Part shown: piece by piece, positions 47,657 through 59,323 of the stretch
Layout of the letters: each line of letters opens with the position of its first letter
Numbering within the stretch: position 1 is the stretch's first letter
Origin: Aplysia californica
Lineage: Eukaryota
Assembly (NCBI RefSeq): GCF_000002075.1
Contig: NW_004797325.1
Location: forward strand, 800,550-864,427
DNA length: 63,878 nucleotides
Direction of reading: 5' to 3'
Position numbers and translations under genes: made by a program
Notes under the pieces: generated by a model
What the model was told of the DNA's origin: nothing
Databases searched by the model: none
What the model saw: the letters and a program-made list of their open reading frames with translations, nothing else

Positions 47657-49228
47657 TAGGTGTGGTTCTTTTGAAAATATTTTTTCCCAGTTTTATTTGC
47701 ATTGTTTTATATGAATATTACATGAAGCGCTTATTGTTGTCATGCTTGGTCCATTTTTTTTTTCTCAATCTGCCATTTTGTCCACATCATGCTATTTGGG
47801 AAAGACAATATCTCCTACAGTTATGCACTTATTACTTTAAAATTTTGCATGCTTATTCAATATGGCTATTCATATTTCTGTACCAAAGCTTGTTGATGTA
47901 TTTTGTTTTCTCTTTGCGTTATGAAAGTTTTCATTTCTGTTTTATTGAGCTCAGGGGAAGGTCATTTTTGCGGTGATAAAAAGTTCGACATTACGCCATG
48001 CTCTTCATCAGGACAATTCAAATTTTATTGTATTTAGCAATGACCACGGAAAAACTTTTTTGCCAGAAAGTGTTTGCAAATAGGTGCATTTTGTAGCTTT
48101 ATCTCCACAGAGCATGGAGCTTTCTGAATTTTTTAAATCCATCAATAAACAAAAAAGTTACGGATTTTTTAATCAATTAATTTTTGGTACACTTTTATAT
48201 AATGAAAAAACCCCCAAAACATGGGACGTTCTTTGGTGAGTTTTGAGACAATATTCGTCATAACTCGCTCATTTCTTGGAGCATTTAAAAGAAACTTGGC
48301 AACCCAGTACATTTACTAGTGCAGATTCTAGTCCTGCTTTCAGATTTTTCATAGCTATCCTATTTTTTTAGTTATGAAGACGTTTATAGGTAAAAATGTA
48401 GCGGTTTTCGGTGCGTTTTGAGACAATATTTGTCATAGCTCGCCTATTTCTTGGAATATGTAAATGAAACTTGGCAGTAGAGCTGGATCCTCCTAAAAAT
48501 TTTAGTGAATTGCGAGTGCGAACTACTCGCTCCAAGTGAGTTGCGAACTGGCTTGAGACTCGCACCCTGTGACGTCACGTACACCCCCNNNNNNNNNNNN
48601 NNNNNNNNNNNNNNNNNNNNNNNNNNNNNNNNNNNNNNNNNNNNNNNNNNNNNNNNNNNNNNNNNNNNNNNNNNNNNNNNNNNNNNNNNNNNNNNNNNNN
48701 NNNNNNNNNNNNNNNNNNNNNNNNNNNNNNNNNNNNNNNNNNNNNNNNNNNNNNNNNNNNNNNNNNNNNNNNNNNNNNNNNNNNNNNNNNNNNNNNNNNN
48801 NNNNNNNNNNNNNNNNNNNNNNNNNNNNNNNNNNNNNNNNNNNNNNNNNNNNNNNNNNNNNNNNNNNNNNNNNNNNNNNNNNNNNNNNNNNNNNNNNNNN
48901 NNNNNNNNNNNNNNNNNNNNNNNNNNNNNNNNNNNNNNNNNNNNNNNNNNNNNNNNNNNNNNNNNNNNNNNNNNNNNNNNNNNNNNNNNNNNNNNNNNNN
49001 NNNNNNNNNNNNNNNNNNNNNNNNNNNNNNNNNNNNNNNNNNNNNNNNNNNNNNNNNNNNNNNNNNNNNNNNNNNNNNNNNNNNNNNNNNNNNNNNNNNN
49101 NNNNNNNNNNNNNNNNNNNNNNNNNNNNNNNNNNNNNNNNNNNNNNNNNNNNNNNNNNNNNNNNNNNNNNNNNNNNNNNNNNNNNNNNNNNNNNNNNNNN
49201 NNNNNNNNNNNNNNNNNNNNNNNNNNNN

Positions 49229-50936
49229 TCGCGATGCGATTGAGCCTTGGTGACGAAATCGCGTTCTCTCTCCACCAAGTCAAGGGGTTGGAGTCCCGTG
49301 GCATCATGTCACTGTCCAAGTAGCGACGGATTTCACTCTCTACTCCTGCTACTCTGGGCACAGCAGCCTGTTTGCCTTTGACCGCTTGGTCGAACTGTGT
49401 CCAGAGCTTCGACACTTTCTTAGCAGGAGGTGGAGCTGTTGTTTCTTCCTTGCTTGCTGTTGTTTGAATTTGTCCTGGTTGCTGTGGCAGCGCAATGGGC
49501 ATGGCAGTGGTCTTTAGTTTGTCCACAGCAGAGTTAGCTGATGCTGTTGTTGGGAAACCATCCCGCTTGAACCTGGGGTCCAACAGTGTAGCCAGCCTCA
49601 GATGCGTCTTTTCGTCAATGTTTTCAAAACGCTGACTGAGCTGAGAATTGAGGCAGTTGCTGAGGGGCGACCTGTCTTGGGCTGTCAAACGGCGCAAAAG
49701 GAACACTATGGGAACAATTTTTGCCACGGAGGTGTGTTGCTCAGTAGATATCTCTACTGTTGCCTCGTGGAATGGTTCCAAGACCTCCATTGCCTTCTGC
49801 AAAACTGGCAACTTGATGGGGCTAAGGCACATGTCTTGTTTGCCATTCAGACACAGGGCTGTGGTCACCTGTTCGTGCTGCTCCAAGTATGACTTGAGCA
49901 TCTCGAAGGTACTGTTCCAGCGAGTTTCCACGTCCTGTTTAAGTTTCTTCGGTGTCGTGTTTTTAGCTTTGTGGGCTTCTTTGAGCAAATTACTGGCGTT
50001 GACGCTGTGGTGGAAAAACGAAACAATGTCTTTCACCTTGTTTTTTGCTGTGAACACATCATACGTCTTTCTGATGGATTCCTTGACTACGAGGTTGAGG
50101 GTGTGGGCGAAGCATGGCTGATGTCGACATCTCATTAACTCAACCGCAAGCTTCATATTGGCTGCGTTGTCCGTGACAATGGTAGTCACTTTGTCCTTAA
50201 TCCCCCAAGCTGTAAAAATTTCTAAGATCTTAGCTGCGAGGTTTTCAGACGTGTGAGTTGTCTCCAGCAACACCGTGTTGAGAACTCTAGAAGTTAGCTT
50301 CCAGTCAGGGGAGACAAAATGTACGGTAACTGTCATGAAAGATTCAGTTTTTCGTGAGGTCCAGCAGTCTGTGGTGACAGTGAGGTGGTTCACTTCGTCC
50401 ATCTGTCTCCTCAGCTGATCTCTCTCTGCTCGATATTTCATAGGTAGCAGTTGAGTTGACAAGGTTTTCCTTGAGACGATGTCGTAACGAGGATCCAGCT
50501 TGTTCACCAGTCGCCGAAACCCTGTATTTTCTACCACTGAAAGAGGTTGTAGGTCGACTGTAACCAGATCCAGCACACAGTTGTCTAGTTCCTTCTTTCT
50601 GTCACTCCCTGGTTTATACTTTGTCACTCTCTCTATGGTGTCGAACAGAGTTGGTTGTGTAGACCTACTTGGACCAGCTGTGGGCGCAGAGCTCTGAGTA
50701 GTCGAAGAAGAGGCAGCAGCAGGAACACTTGTAGTAGATGAGCTTTCACTCACTTCCTCAAATTGAGCAATGTGAAGAGGATGTTTTTTTCTCAAATGCC
50801 TGAGCAGATTTGTAGTTGATCTTCCCGAGTAGGCCAACTCACATTTGCATACATCGCACACAGCAATTTTGGCACCGCCAACACCGCCACTCTTTTGTGT
50901 TATCAATTTCCAACATAGACTTGGCTTGGCAGACAT
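49229..50936 (-). CDS. hAT transposase (ZBED1/Ac-like) with BED zinc finger; C-terminus in assembly gap
   Basis: Uninterrupted ~570 codons: CxxC...LxRHLxxxH BED finger, TTDCWTS, VTDNAANM, CFAHTLNL, ETRWNST, LLDPRFK, start of the dimerisation domain (PLTWW). Confidence 0.92.
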
Positions 50937-52024
50937 TTCCTAATAACAAGTTCTTACAAAGAGTAAATTTCAACAACAAACAACAGAAATGGACAATGTA
51001 GTGCAATCAGCCAATTAAACTTTATGCGACAATGCAACAAAATGAATTTTATAAATAATATATATGCAAATTTCCAGAGATACAAAGACCTCAACAGAGA
51101 AACAACGGATCGTAAGGAGTAAAAAATAATGTGAAAGGCAAAAAAGAAAAAAAGTCTGAGGAGTCAAGTAAGCCAAGAGATGAGGAAAGTCGAGCATACA
51201 ACAAGCGCAAGAGTGTAGAGCAGATCAGAGAAAGCTCAGGGAGGTGGAATTTGTGATAACCATCGTTTATATACGAGGAAGTTATTAGCTAATCAAAGAG
51301 AATACTGATTTGCTTTATTTGAATAGAGAGAACAGCTGTTAGACGTAACAATTTAAAGAACATATCTTTTGCTTTCGTTGTGGACGGGTGTTATGTCTGT
51401 GTATGTTATAATATTACTGTAATTGTTTAAACTTTATTTTAATATGCATCGTATTTTAATTTACTTTGCAGCTCATTTCAAAGTCAGTTACCAGTGAACT
51501 CCATCAGCTCACCCCCCTGTAATGTATAAACAATGGACTGACCATGCATCAACTCACCCCAAAGACAAGGACCTTACTATTGTATAATAACCTCTGTCTC
51601 AATCCAAAGCCAATCACAGCTCAGCTCTAAGCGTCCCTAATTAAATATGTGCCACTCATCTAACCCTACACCCCGTTAGATATAGTCTTCTTGGCCTAGA
51701 TTTAAAACTAGCGCTACCGACAGCGGGTGAGTCGCCCCAGCAGCGCGCTGCCCACTCTTACGTTGTCCATTACATCATGTGTTACACCCATTCACAGGCT
51801 ACTCTGCCGGTGCCTATTCATAAATAGTGTAATAATTACCCCATCGCTCGTCACACGCGCCGTCACCGCGGGCCCATACTACATGATAGCCTACCCAGCC
51901 GACCAACCCGCCCACCGACCCCCCTCCTCTGCCCTTCCAACCATGCAAGCTCTCAATGGCTGAACGACAGACTACCTAACTATAGCATAACCTTCCCCCC
52001 TAGGACTAGCTATTCATAACACCA

Positions 52025-52113
52025 AACCATCAATGACCTATGAACTGAGTTGAAACCATCAATGACCTATGAACTGAGTTGAAGCCATCAATGACCTATG
52101 AACTGAGTTGAAG
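52025..52113. repeat. 3 x 29-bp tandem repeat (AACCATCAATGACCTATGAACTGAGTTGA) in hAT subterminal region
   Basis: Units at 52025, 52054, 52083. Confidence 0.9.
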
Positions 52114-52132
52114 CTATAGGCTTATATAGGAA

Positions 52133-52365
52133 CAACTCCTGAATCGATTCACTGAGTTGCGAGTAGTATGCTCGCATCTATCACACTAAATATAGTATCA
52201 ACTCCTGAATCGATTCACTGAGTTGCGGACAGGCTTGCTCGCACCCACCGCACCATATATGGTATCAACTCCTGAATCGATTCACTGAGTTGCGGACAGG
52301 TCTACTCGCACTCACCGCACTAAATATAGTGTCAACTCCTGAATCGATTCACTGAGTTGCGAGCA
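52133..52365. repeat. ~67-bp tandem repeat with palindromic core CAACTCCTGAATCGATTCACTGAGTTGCG (4 cores)
   Basis: Cores at 52133, 52199, 52266, 52333; the intervening segments are mutually homologous. Confidence 0.9.
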
Positions 52366-52680
52366 GCAAGTGAGTTGCTCTGAGGTGAATCTCCGGCGTT
52401 GCCGCTCGCTACTCGCTGACAGCTGACAGGCTTTTTTGACCTGCAAATCTACTGCCGCTCATAGAAAGGCTGGCTGTATTTTGTTTTGGCATCATAAACT
52501 GCCGTGGGCTCATTACATTTTAACAATTGAGATTAAAAAATTAATATTCAGAGTAGAAAACCTTTGCTGAATCACTGAATTGCACTGAGTTGAACTGAGT
52601 TGCTCAAGTGAGTTGGGAGTTGATTCCCGGAAGTGGGAGTTGCGAGCAGTGAACGGAATCGATACCGGGATCCAGCACTA

Positions 52681-53115
52681 CCATACACTTTCTTTCCTGA
52701 TCTCAAGCAATGTTCTGTCGTCTGCTTTCATCTCCTCTTTCTACCCCCACCCCCTCACCTCCTTTGCCCCCACCTCTTGGCTCCTGACTCTTTCTGCAGC
52801 CTTTCTAGTACTGCTACTCCTTTGCTCCTTCTTACTGCTGTCTTTGAGCCACACCCCTGATCTTCTGGTAAGAAAGATCTACACCTAGCCTTCTCGGACA
52901 AGGGCGAAAAATCTCGAAGGGCCGTGTGCAAGTTGCGCACACGTTAAAGATCCCTTAGTGGTCTAAAATCAATAAAAGAATAGATCTAGATCTAGATCTA
53001 GGCTTCAGCCGCCACCTGGGCAAAATTCAAAATTTCCTACTCACTGAAAAAGTTTTATGTGTCATGCGCGCTCATATATGACCTTTTATGCAGTTGCAAA
53101 CGCCGTTAAACACTT
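52681..53115 (+). mobile_element. Same Meta-like SINE family, head missing at the hAT TIR
   Basis: Collinear with 34640-34896 + 35607-35690 + 35877-35940. Confidence 0.8.
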
Positions 53116-53419
53116 TTTAGTTTTATACCAAAGAAAAAAAAAAGAAAAAAAAAAGTGAGTAATCAACAAAATTCACGAAATATGAACCAACTGAGAGCAA
53201 TTTGCTTTTTAATTCTATACTAGATCTAGTATTATATAATACATGTATCTTTGACATTGACTTGGTGTAAAAAAATATTGAGTACACACATTAGTTATAA
53301 TATTCAGGTTTAAAATACATGCATGTCAGTAAGGCACCTTTTGGTTTCATCTCTAATTCAACTACTTTAGGTATTTCAAACTAAAATTTATTTACAATTC
53401 AGTTAATTTTTGTCAAGTC

Positions 53420-53590
53420 TAGTCATCATTATTAAGTACGACTACCCTGCTAGTCTAGCCGTCCTTATGTAAGACTAGCCCAGCCGTCTTTAGAACCGTC
53501 ATTAAGTACGGCTAGCCTGCCAGTCTAGATCTAGCCATTCTTAAGTACGGCTAGCCTAGCCGTATATCGTCATTAAGTATGGCTAGCCTC
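53420..53590. repeat. Degenerate minisatellite (TTAAGTACGGCTAGCCT core)
   Basis: About 5 variable units. Confidence 0.7.
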
Positions 53591-53932
53591 TTCCTGTTAT
53601 ATATATGTAGGCCTACTTTTAAAATTAAGATTGTACCAGGCAGAAGTGCAATTACAGAAAGAGGGGTTTTTTTACCGGGCGGGGGGGGGGGGGAATAGCT
53701 GTTCTGGTTGGTTTTTAATTCATTGGCAATATAATTTATATAATGAATATTTGTACTGCATATTTATAATTTATACGGTGTACCTCAGGCCAAAGGGCTA
53801 GAACCCAAAGGTGTGCATTCATGCTCTACAGCGTGCTCTATGTGCTTTACAACCTTTAATTAGGCTTCTATATTTAATAATAACCGCAGCAGACCCTAGA
53901 TCAGATATACATTGATGACACAACAGTTTTAA

Positions 53933-54456
53933 CTCACTTGAGCCTGAACTATTTTTCACCCAAAAACCATTGCAGCCTAACACTTTTGGGGTGTATTTAT
54001 TGAAGCGTTAACCACAAAAGGACTTCAAACTGAAAAGCTATCATAACAAAACTGCAACAAGAGAAAGAAAGAAATACTCTGAAAGAAAAGGGAAACTGCA
54101 TCTAATTTGTACAAATAGTTTTTTGTTTTATCAATAGTTTGAAATGGCAATGTCTGGGGTTATGCAATTTTTTTTCTCTTGCGCCAAATTTATAATAAAA
54201 TCATATATCGCAACGCAGGGATGTCTGACTTAGATCCAATCCGTTACAGCTCAAAAAGTATCGCACATAACTTCACAAAATTTTTATAGAAACGAAACAA
54301 GTGGGTCAACTGTTGACTCACCACTTCGCGTATCTTGTAGGCCTACCGAAAAACACCGGAGATATCGATAGCGAAAGTGCGTGCCGTAAATACATGGAAG
54401 CCCCCGGGCCAGCGGGGCGTCCCGTAAATAGACGGGAATAGGCTCTTTCAAGTGAG
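53933..54456. mobile_element. piggyBac-type non-autonomous element related to 29547
   Basis: TTAA + CTCACTTGA ... TCAAGTGAG + CTAA. Confidence 0.7.
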
Positions 54457-54519
54457 CTAATAGCAGACTCAGAAAGGACCTTCAATCACTTGAACTAGAT
54501 ACTGATGTAACGGAAACTG

Positions 54520-55211
54520 AACATAAAGGGTTATTGTTGAATGTGAAGAAAAGGCAATGCATGGTGATTTCTAAAAAAAGCAGCAAATCTTGTTTTTGTA
54601 ATCTCAAAAGCACAGGCAAAAGATCAAACAAGTCCAACAGTGTAAATATCGAGGAAAAAAAATAACGTCTGATTTCAAATATTATGCAATGGCTAAGGAT
54701 AGTTTTAATAAAAATGAGCCCAATCCTGAAAAATAAATATGTCTCAATCATCAATGACTACCAAAATGAAAGTCAATCCATAGGCTGTGAATGCTGGACA
54801 ATCTCTAAAGACATTGAAAATAAAATAAAAGCCACAGAAATTATGTGGTTTCTTAGGGGAGACTGCTGAGAATTTCTTGGAAGGGAAAGAAAGAAATCAA
54901 ATGAGGTAGCACTTGATAAAGCCAACGTAGGATGCATATATTGATAAAAACCATCAGGAAAAGACAAATGCAGTTTTTGGGACTCCTGAAAAGACATAAG
55001 GTCTTGAATATCTAGATCTAGCTCTCGCTGGCGAAATTGAAGGCAAACGAGGCAGGGGTAGGCCCAGAGTAACCTGTTTAGAGAACCTAATCAGATGGGT
55101 AAGGGGGAAAGTTCAGGGTAACATGGCTTTTTTAAGAGCATCTGAGCAAAGGAATGAATGGAGAACCATGATCGCCGATGTCTGCCGCAGAAATTGCACT
55201 TGATGATGATG
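54520..55211 (+). mobile_element. RTE LINE 3' fragment, degraded copy of the 9447 family
   Basis: Collinear similarity to 9455-9978, with (GAT)n tail. Confidence 0.88.
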
Positions 55212-55452
55212 AGACCCTCAGAAACATTCTTTTGTCATCCCGAGAAGCACACAGTGCGAGCTGAAGATTGCATGCGCTTATAAACACTAAGAAACTGAAG
55301 ATCTTTCACTGTCTTAGGCTGGGTGCCCATTCCCAACTGAGTGAAGTGACGAAAATTCAAAGTACAGTCACTTGTACTGTCAGCCCCGCTAACCACCAGG
55401 TTTTGTTAGTGTATGAAAAGAGTCCCCTCTATATAAACATAGTATATCCCCA

Positions 55453-55685
55453 ATGTGTCCCTTGTGTGACTATGCATATGAGACTGTGGAGCATCACCTG
55501 TTCCACTGCACAGCCCTAAATGACATCAGTGCTACCCTTCTCTCTCCGAGACCTAACATTGACAACACACTCTATGGAACATTACAGCAACTGCAGCAAA
55601 CCTGCACTTATCACTACGTGGCATTGGACAGAAGGGCGAGAGCCCAGCTGTGCTGCTGGATCGATAACAACAACAACAACAACAT
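55453..55685 (+). mobile_element. LINE 3' end (CCHC knuckle) with (AAC)n tail
   Basis: CPLCDYAYETVEHHLFHC...LYG...LQQT followed by (AAC)n. Confidence 0.8.
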
Positions 55686-56664
55686 AAACATAGTATTTGC
55701 GCTTTTACACCGCCATCCACCAACTGTCTCAGTTGAACGGTCCTTATTAAACTACTGTAAATTTATTACCGCCAGGGAACTGGCAGCCAGAAGTACACAG
55801 TACAAATGACGCATGGCACATTCGCTCTTGCCTGTGGTTGCTTGACAATATTTCACACAGGTCTCTATGAACTAGGCCTGGGTCTAGATCAAAACCTTTT
55901 TGCCGATCTGCTCCCTCCCCCCATTCCACCTCCCCACCATTGTCTTGTACTTGTAGATTTCAGATGGTAAAATAAAACATAACTTTGTAATTTAGCATCA
56001 AATTTCGCTCCCTGCGTGAATCCGACTAAATTTGATGCGGTGATAATGAAAATACTATTATTTGTCGGCTTTGATCAAGAAAAGAAATATTTAAAAATTG
56101 GAATTAGATTTTTAATTCGCCTGGAGAAACTTGAAAGGAACCTCGTCATCTTGGCCCACTGGAAAAATATCTGGAGGCGCCAGATGTCAGCCCAGTAACT
56201 AACAGGCTGGCGAATGCCCGTGGGGCTTTTATTTAGTGAGGACTCACACTCTAGTCTAAGTGACAAATCGAAAGGAGATAAGTCATTACTTCATCTGGTG
56301 ATGTTTGGTTGTCAGTGCTACATGTATTTTACAGGACATGAAAGCCTCGTTGTACCGCCAGCCCCACTGTACCGCCAACTTCATGCTCGTCCCAAGGCAG
56401 GCGATATAACCGGGTTTGAGTGTACCTTTTACCCAAGGACTCAAAGTCAGGCCCCTGATGGGATATTAACCCATGAGCTTATGGCTTATGGTTTTGAGTC
56501 TGAGAACCTATCCACTAATCTACTGATGCCACTTGCTTTTTTACAGAACACTGCCCGGCAAATTTTATAAAATTTATACTGTTAACGTTAATTAAGGGTT
56601 AAAGTGTTTAGGATTAACTTACAAATTATAAATATATTTCTTTTTACTAAAAGAGAGAGTCCAA

Positions 56665-57772
56665 TATGTCACGATGCAGAGTGGAATCTGGCGCTCGTCA
56701 ATTTTTGGGCATGTGGAGTTATTGCTATCATCTAAAAGCTTATTCTTTAAAAAAAATTTGCCTTGTTTTCAATGAAAAAATTACCCATCTATCTTGAAAA
56801 GAGGTTGAGATATTTTCGATTGAAGGTGGGATCGCCTGGTTTCAGTGGTAAAATTAGTGAGAAAATGGACGCCAAAGTTCGGTAACTTTAATAGTTTGAG
56901 AGTCCTTGAAAATTGAAAATTATTGTGCCTTTGATCAACCATTTTCAGTCAAATACTCATGGAAATGTGTTACAACACGATGGAATCAGGCGCTAGTCAA
57001 TTTTTGCGCATCAGAAGTTATTGGTATCATCTTAAAGTTTGTTTATTCGACTGTCTTTCTATAAAAATAATACACATCTCCATCTTGAATAGAAGTCGAG
57101 ACATTTGCAATTGCAATAGTTCGGGGTCGCCTTGTTTCAGAAGTAAAATTAGCAAGAAAATGATCTGCAAAGTTTGTTGATTTCCAAAGCTTTAGAGTTC
57201 TTGGAAATTGGAAATGTATTTGTGAGGTGTGCTGACAAAATGAGTCAGTTCTCGCAATCCACAAATGGAGATATTAGCGAAAAATTGACTCTAGGGTCAA
57301 ATTTTTAGATTTTCTATTGATGCGGTTATATTCTTTAAGTATAACGTGCCTTTTATTATTTCATACCTATAAATTGTAAAAACTTTACCTATAACTATAA
57401 GCATGATGTATCTATTTCCATAGGACTCACATCCGAGAAGTAGCTCGTTTTGTCAGCCCGCTTCACATTTGTTGAGCGTTTAATCAAAGTTTTGCAGCGA
57501 AATCCACACAGGAATATCGTTTTGAATGAACAAAAAAGTGTTGAGCCAAAAAAACAAAAATGAGAAATTATATTGTTAAACTGGCGGGAAAATGCCGATA
57601 TGTCTGATTTCATTATTTTGACGAGCGCCTAATTTCACCACGATGCCTCACAAATGTGTTTTTACATGGACTTAGGTGTTGAGCCAATTGGCAGGAAAAT
57701 TCCTGTTCCTTTATTGTGATAATATTTTGACCTTTGACGAGCGCCTGATTTCACCACGATACCTCACAAATG
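56665..57772. mobile_element. Cluster of ~450-bp non-autonomous DNA elements (GGAATCAGGCGCTCGTCAA ... TTGACGAGCGCCTGATTTCACCACGATGCCTCACA)
   Basis: Two left and two right ends; further copies at ~61071-61510 and ~62688-63133, and a right end at ~30663-30697. Confidence 0.7.
57221..57466. mobile_element. MITE, same family (inverted), nested in a larger related element
   Basis: TIRs present; interior is the reverse complement of the 13418 copy. Confidence 0.85.
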
Positions 57773-58178
57773 TTTGTTCTGTTTGGTTCAGAAAGTAGTG
57801 TAGGCCTCCAAGTATTAGTTTCCGAAAAAAACAAACTTCTGTGTGATCTGAGTCAATTTATGTTCTGCAATGTCGGAACTATTTCTGACAGTTTGCTATT
57901 TTTTTAGGGATTGTTAAAGTGCCTTTACTTTCCAAATGTAGTAAGAACATGATAATATTTATATAGACTTTTGTAGTAGGCATAATGTTAAATTGTTTAA
58001 CAAGCAGTTTAGTACATGTATAGTGTATGGTTAGGCCAGGTTAAAGCTCTTCGTCTCTGTGCTTACAGAAGACAGGGCGGGAAAAAGGTTGTGGAGAGGG
58101 AAAAAGGAGGTTTTTGGGAAAGAACAACATGCATTACTATCAATTGTTCAAAATCAGTAAATATCTTTTTGTCAACAG

Positions 58179-58316
58179 CTCCAAGAAAATGGATTTGCCA
58201 TTATTGAGAACTTCCTCAGCGAGGAAGAAATATCTTCACTGAAAAGCCGCATGCATGAAATTGTCGAAAATGTGAATCCACAAGAACATCAGACTGTTTT
58301 CTCTACAACAAATCAG
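58179..58316 (+). CDS. PHYHD1: Phytanoyl-CoA dioxygenase domain-containing protein 1, internal exon (LQENGFAIIENFLSEEE...TVFSTTNQ)
   Basis: CAACAG / GTAACT; resembles PHYHD1 FQQDGFLVLEGFLSAEE...FST. Confidence 0.88.
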
Positions 58317-59323
58317 GTAACTGTTTGAACTGTGTAAAATCTGCTCAATGTGTAGTAATTTACGGGGAACAAATGGTGACATTCATTGTCAAGAGTGTGT
58401 GTGTGTGTGTGGTGTGCGTGTTAGGATGTGAAGGTAAGCCCATGGATCAGGAAGTGATTACACGAGATGTTTGGATGGTGTGCTTTGACCATTATTGGTT
58501 ATATCGTCATGATTGTGATCTGAAGTAAAAACAATTTTTTAAAACAAATAAGTTTTATTAGTTGGAAGGCTTGTTGGCATCACTTCTTTCTTTTCCCTTG
58601 CTTCAACACTGAACAAGACATACTGCTAGTATCAAGCTGCATTGTGACTTGTCATACATTACCTGTAGAGAAGTATTAGTTGTGAGGCGCTAGAACTTCC
58701 TTGAATCTAGTTGTGTAAGGGTAGGTGTGATCCAAGACATTGTCGTTCTGCATTGGGCCATTATGTGGTAATGATGTTTGTGTGCATGTGTGTATAGGCT
58801 GTATCATNNNNNNNNNNNNNNNNNNNNNNNNNNNNNNNNNNNNNNNNNNNNNNNNNNNNNNNNNNNNNNNNNNNNNNNNNNNNNNNNNNNNNNNNNNNNN
58901 NNNNNNNNNNNNNNNNNNNNNNNNNNNNNNNNNNNNNAAGGTATGGATTGGGAAGTGATTGCCCAAGAGGGGTACTTTTTGTGCACTGACCAGTGTTGGT
59001 TACATGTTATGATTGTAATCTGACAGAATCTAGAAGAGCAAATTAAAAAAATATTTTAAGATCTGTTGTAAATCTGTGGCATATCAGCATCTATCTTTTC
59101 CTTTCTCTTGCCTTGGAACTGAACAAGGAGCGCTCATTATCTGTCCTTCTATCCTTTTATTGATACTGTATGCTTTTCATGATGGCAGTGTTTAAATTTA
59201 GCTTCCGACTATAATACTGTCACAATTACTGCCCTTGATTTTTCATGCTTGACTGTACTATTGTAAGCACCTTGTGACATTGATTTACTTATTTTTCAAA
59301 ATCACTTAAAAATGTTTCTAATA

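Larger units (their letters stand above)
44716..48477 (+). mobile_element. Kolobok-like element body; left end tentative (TTAA-AGG at 44716), right end truncated by hAT
   Basis: TTAA+AGG start, subterminal-type motifs, transposase remnant, duplicated subterminal block (48240-48300 / 48416-48476); no matching right TIR. Confidence 0.5.
48478..52680 (-). mobile_element. hAT-superfamily DNA transposon, near full length (~4.2 kb incl. gap)
   Basis: TIRs TAGAGCTGGATCC (48478-48490) and GGATCCAGCACTA (52668-52680), 12/13 match; GAGTTGCG subterminal motifs at both ends; internal transposase ORF. Confidence 0.9.

Noticed and set aside
48444-49228. 830-aa length of the hAT ORF and other X-filled ORFs
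   Set aside because: Artefacts of translating through N gaps.
52133-52365. CRISPR-like array (29-nt palindromic repeat, 37-38-nt spacers)
   Set aside because: The spacers are homologous to one another, the array lies inside hAT TIRs in eukaryotic DNA, and there are no cas genes.
54360-56220. First coding exon of PHYHD1
   Set aside because: No ATG with a phase-0 donor could be supported; the GC-rich patch at 54.4 kb lies inside a piggyBac-type element.
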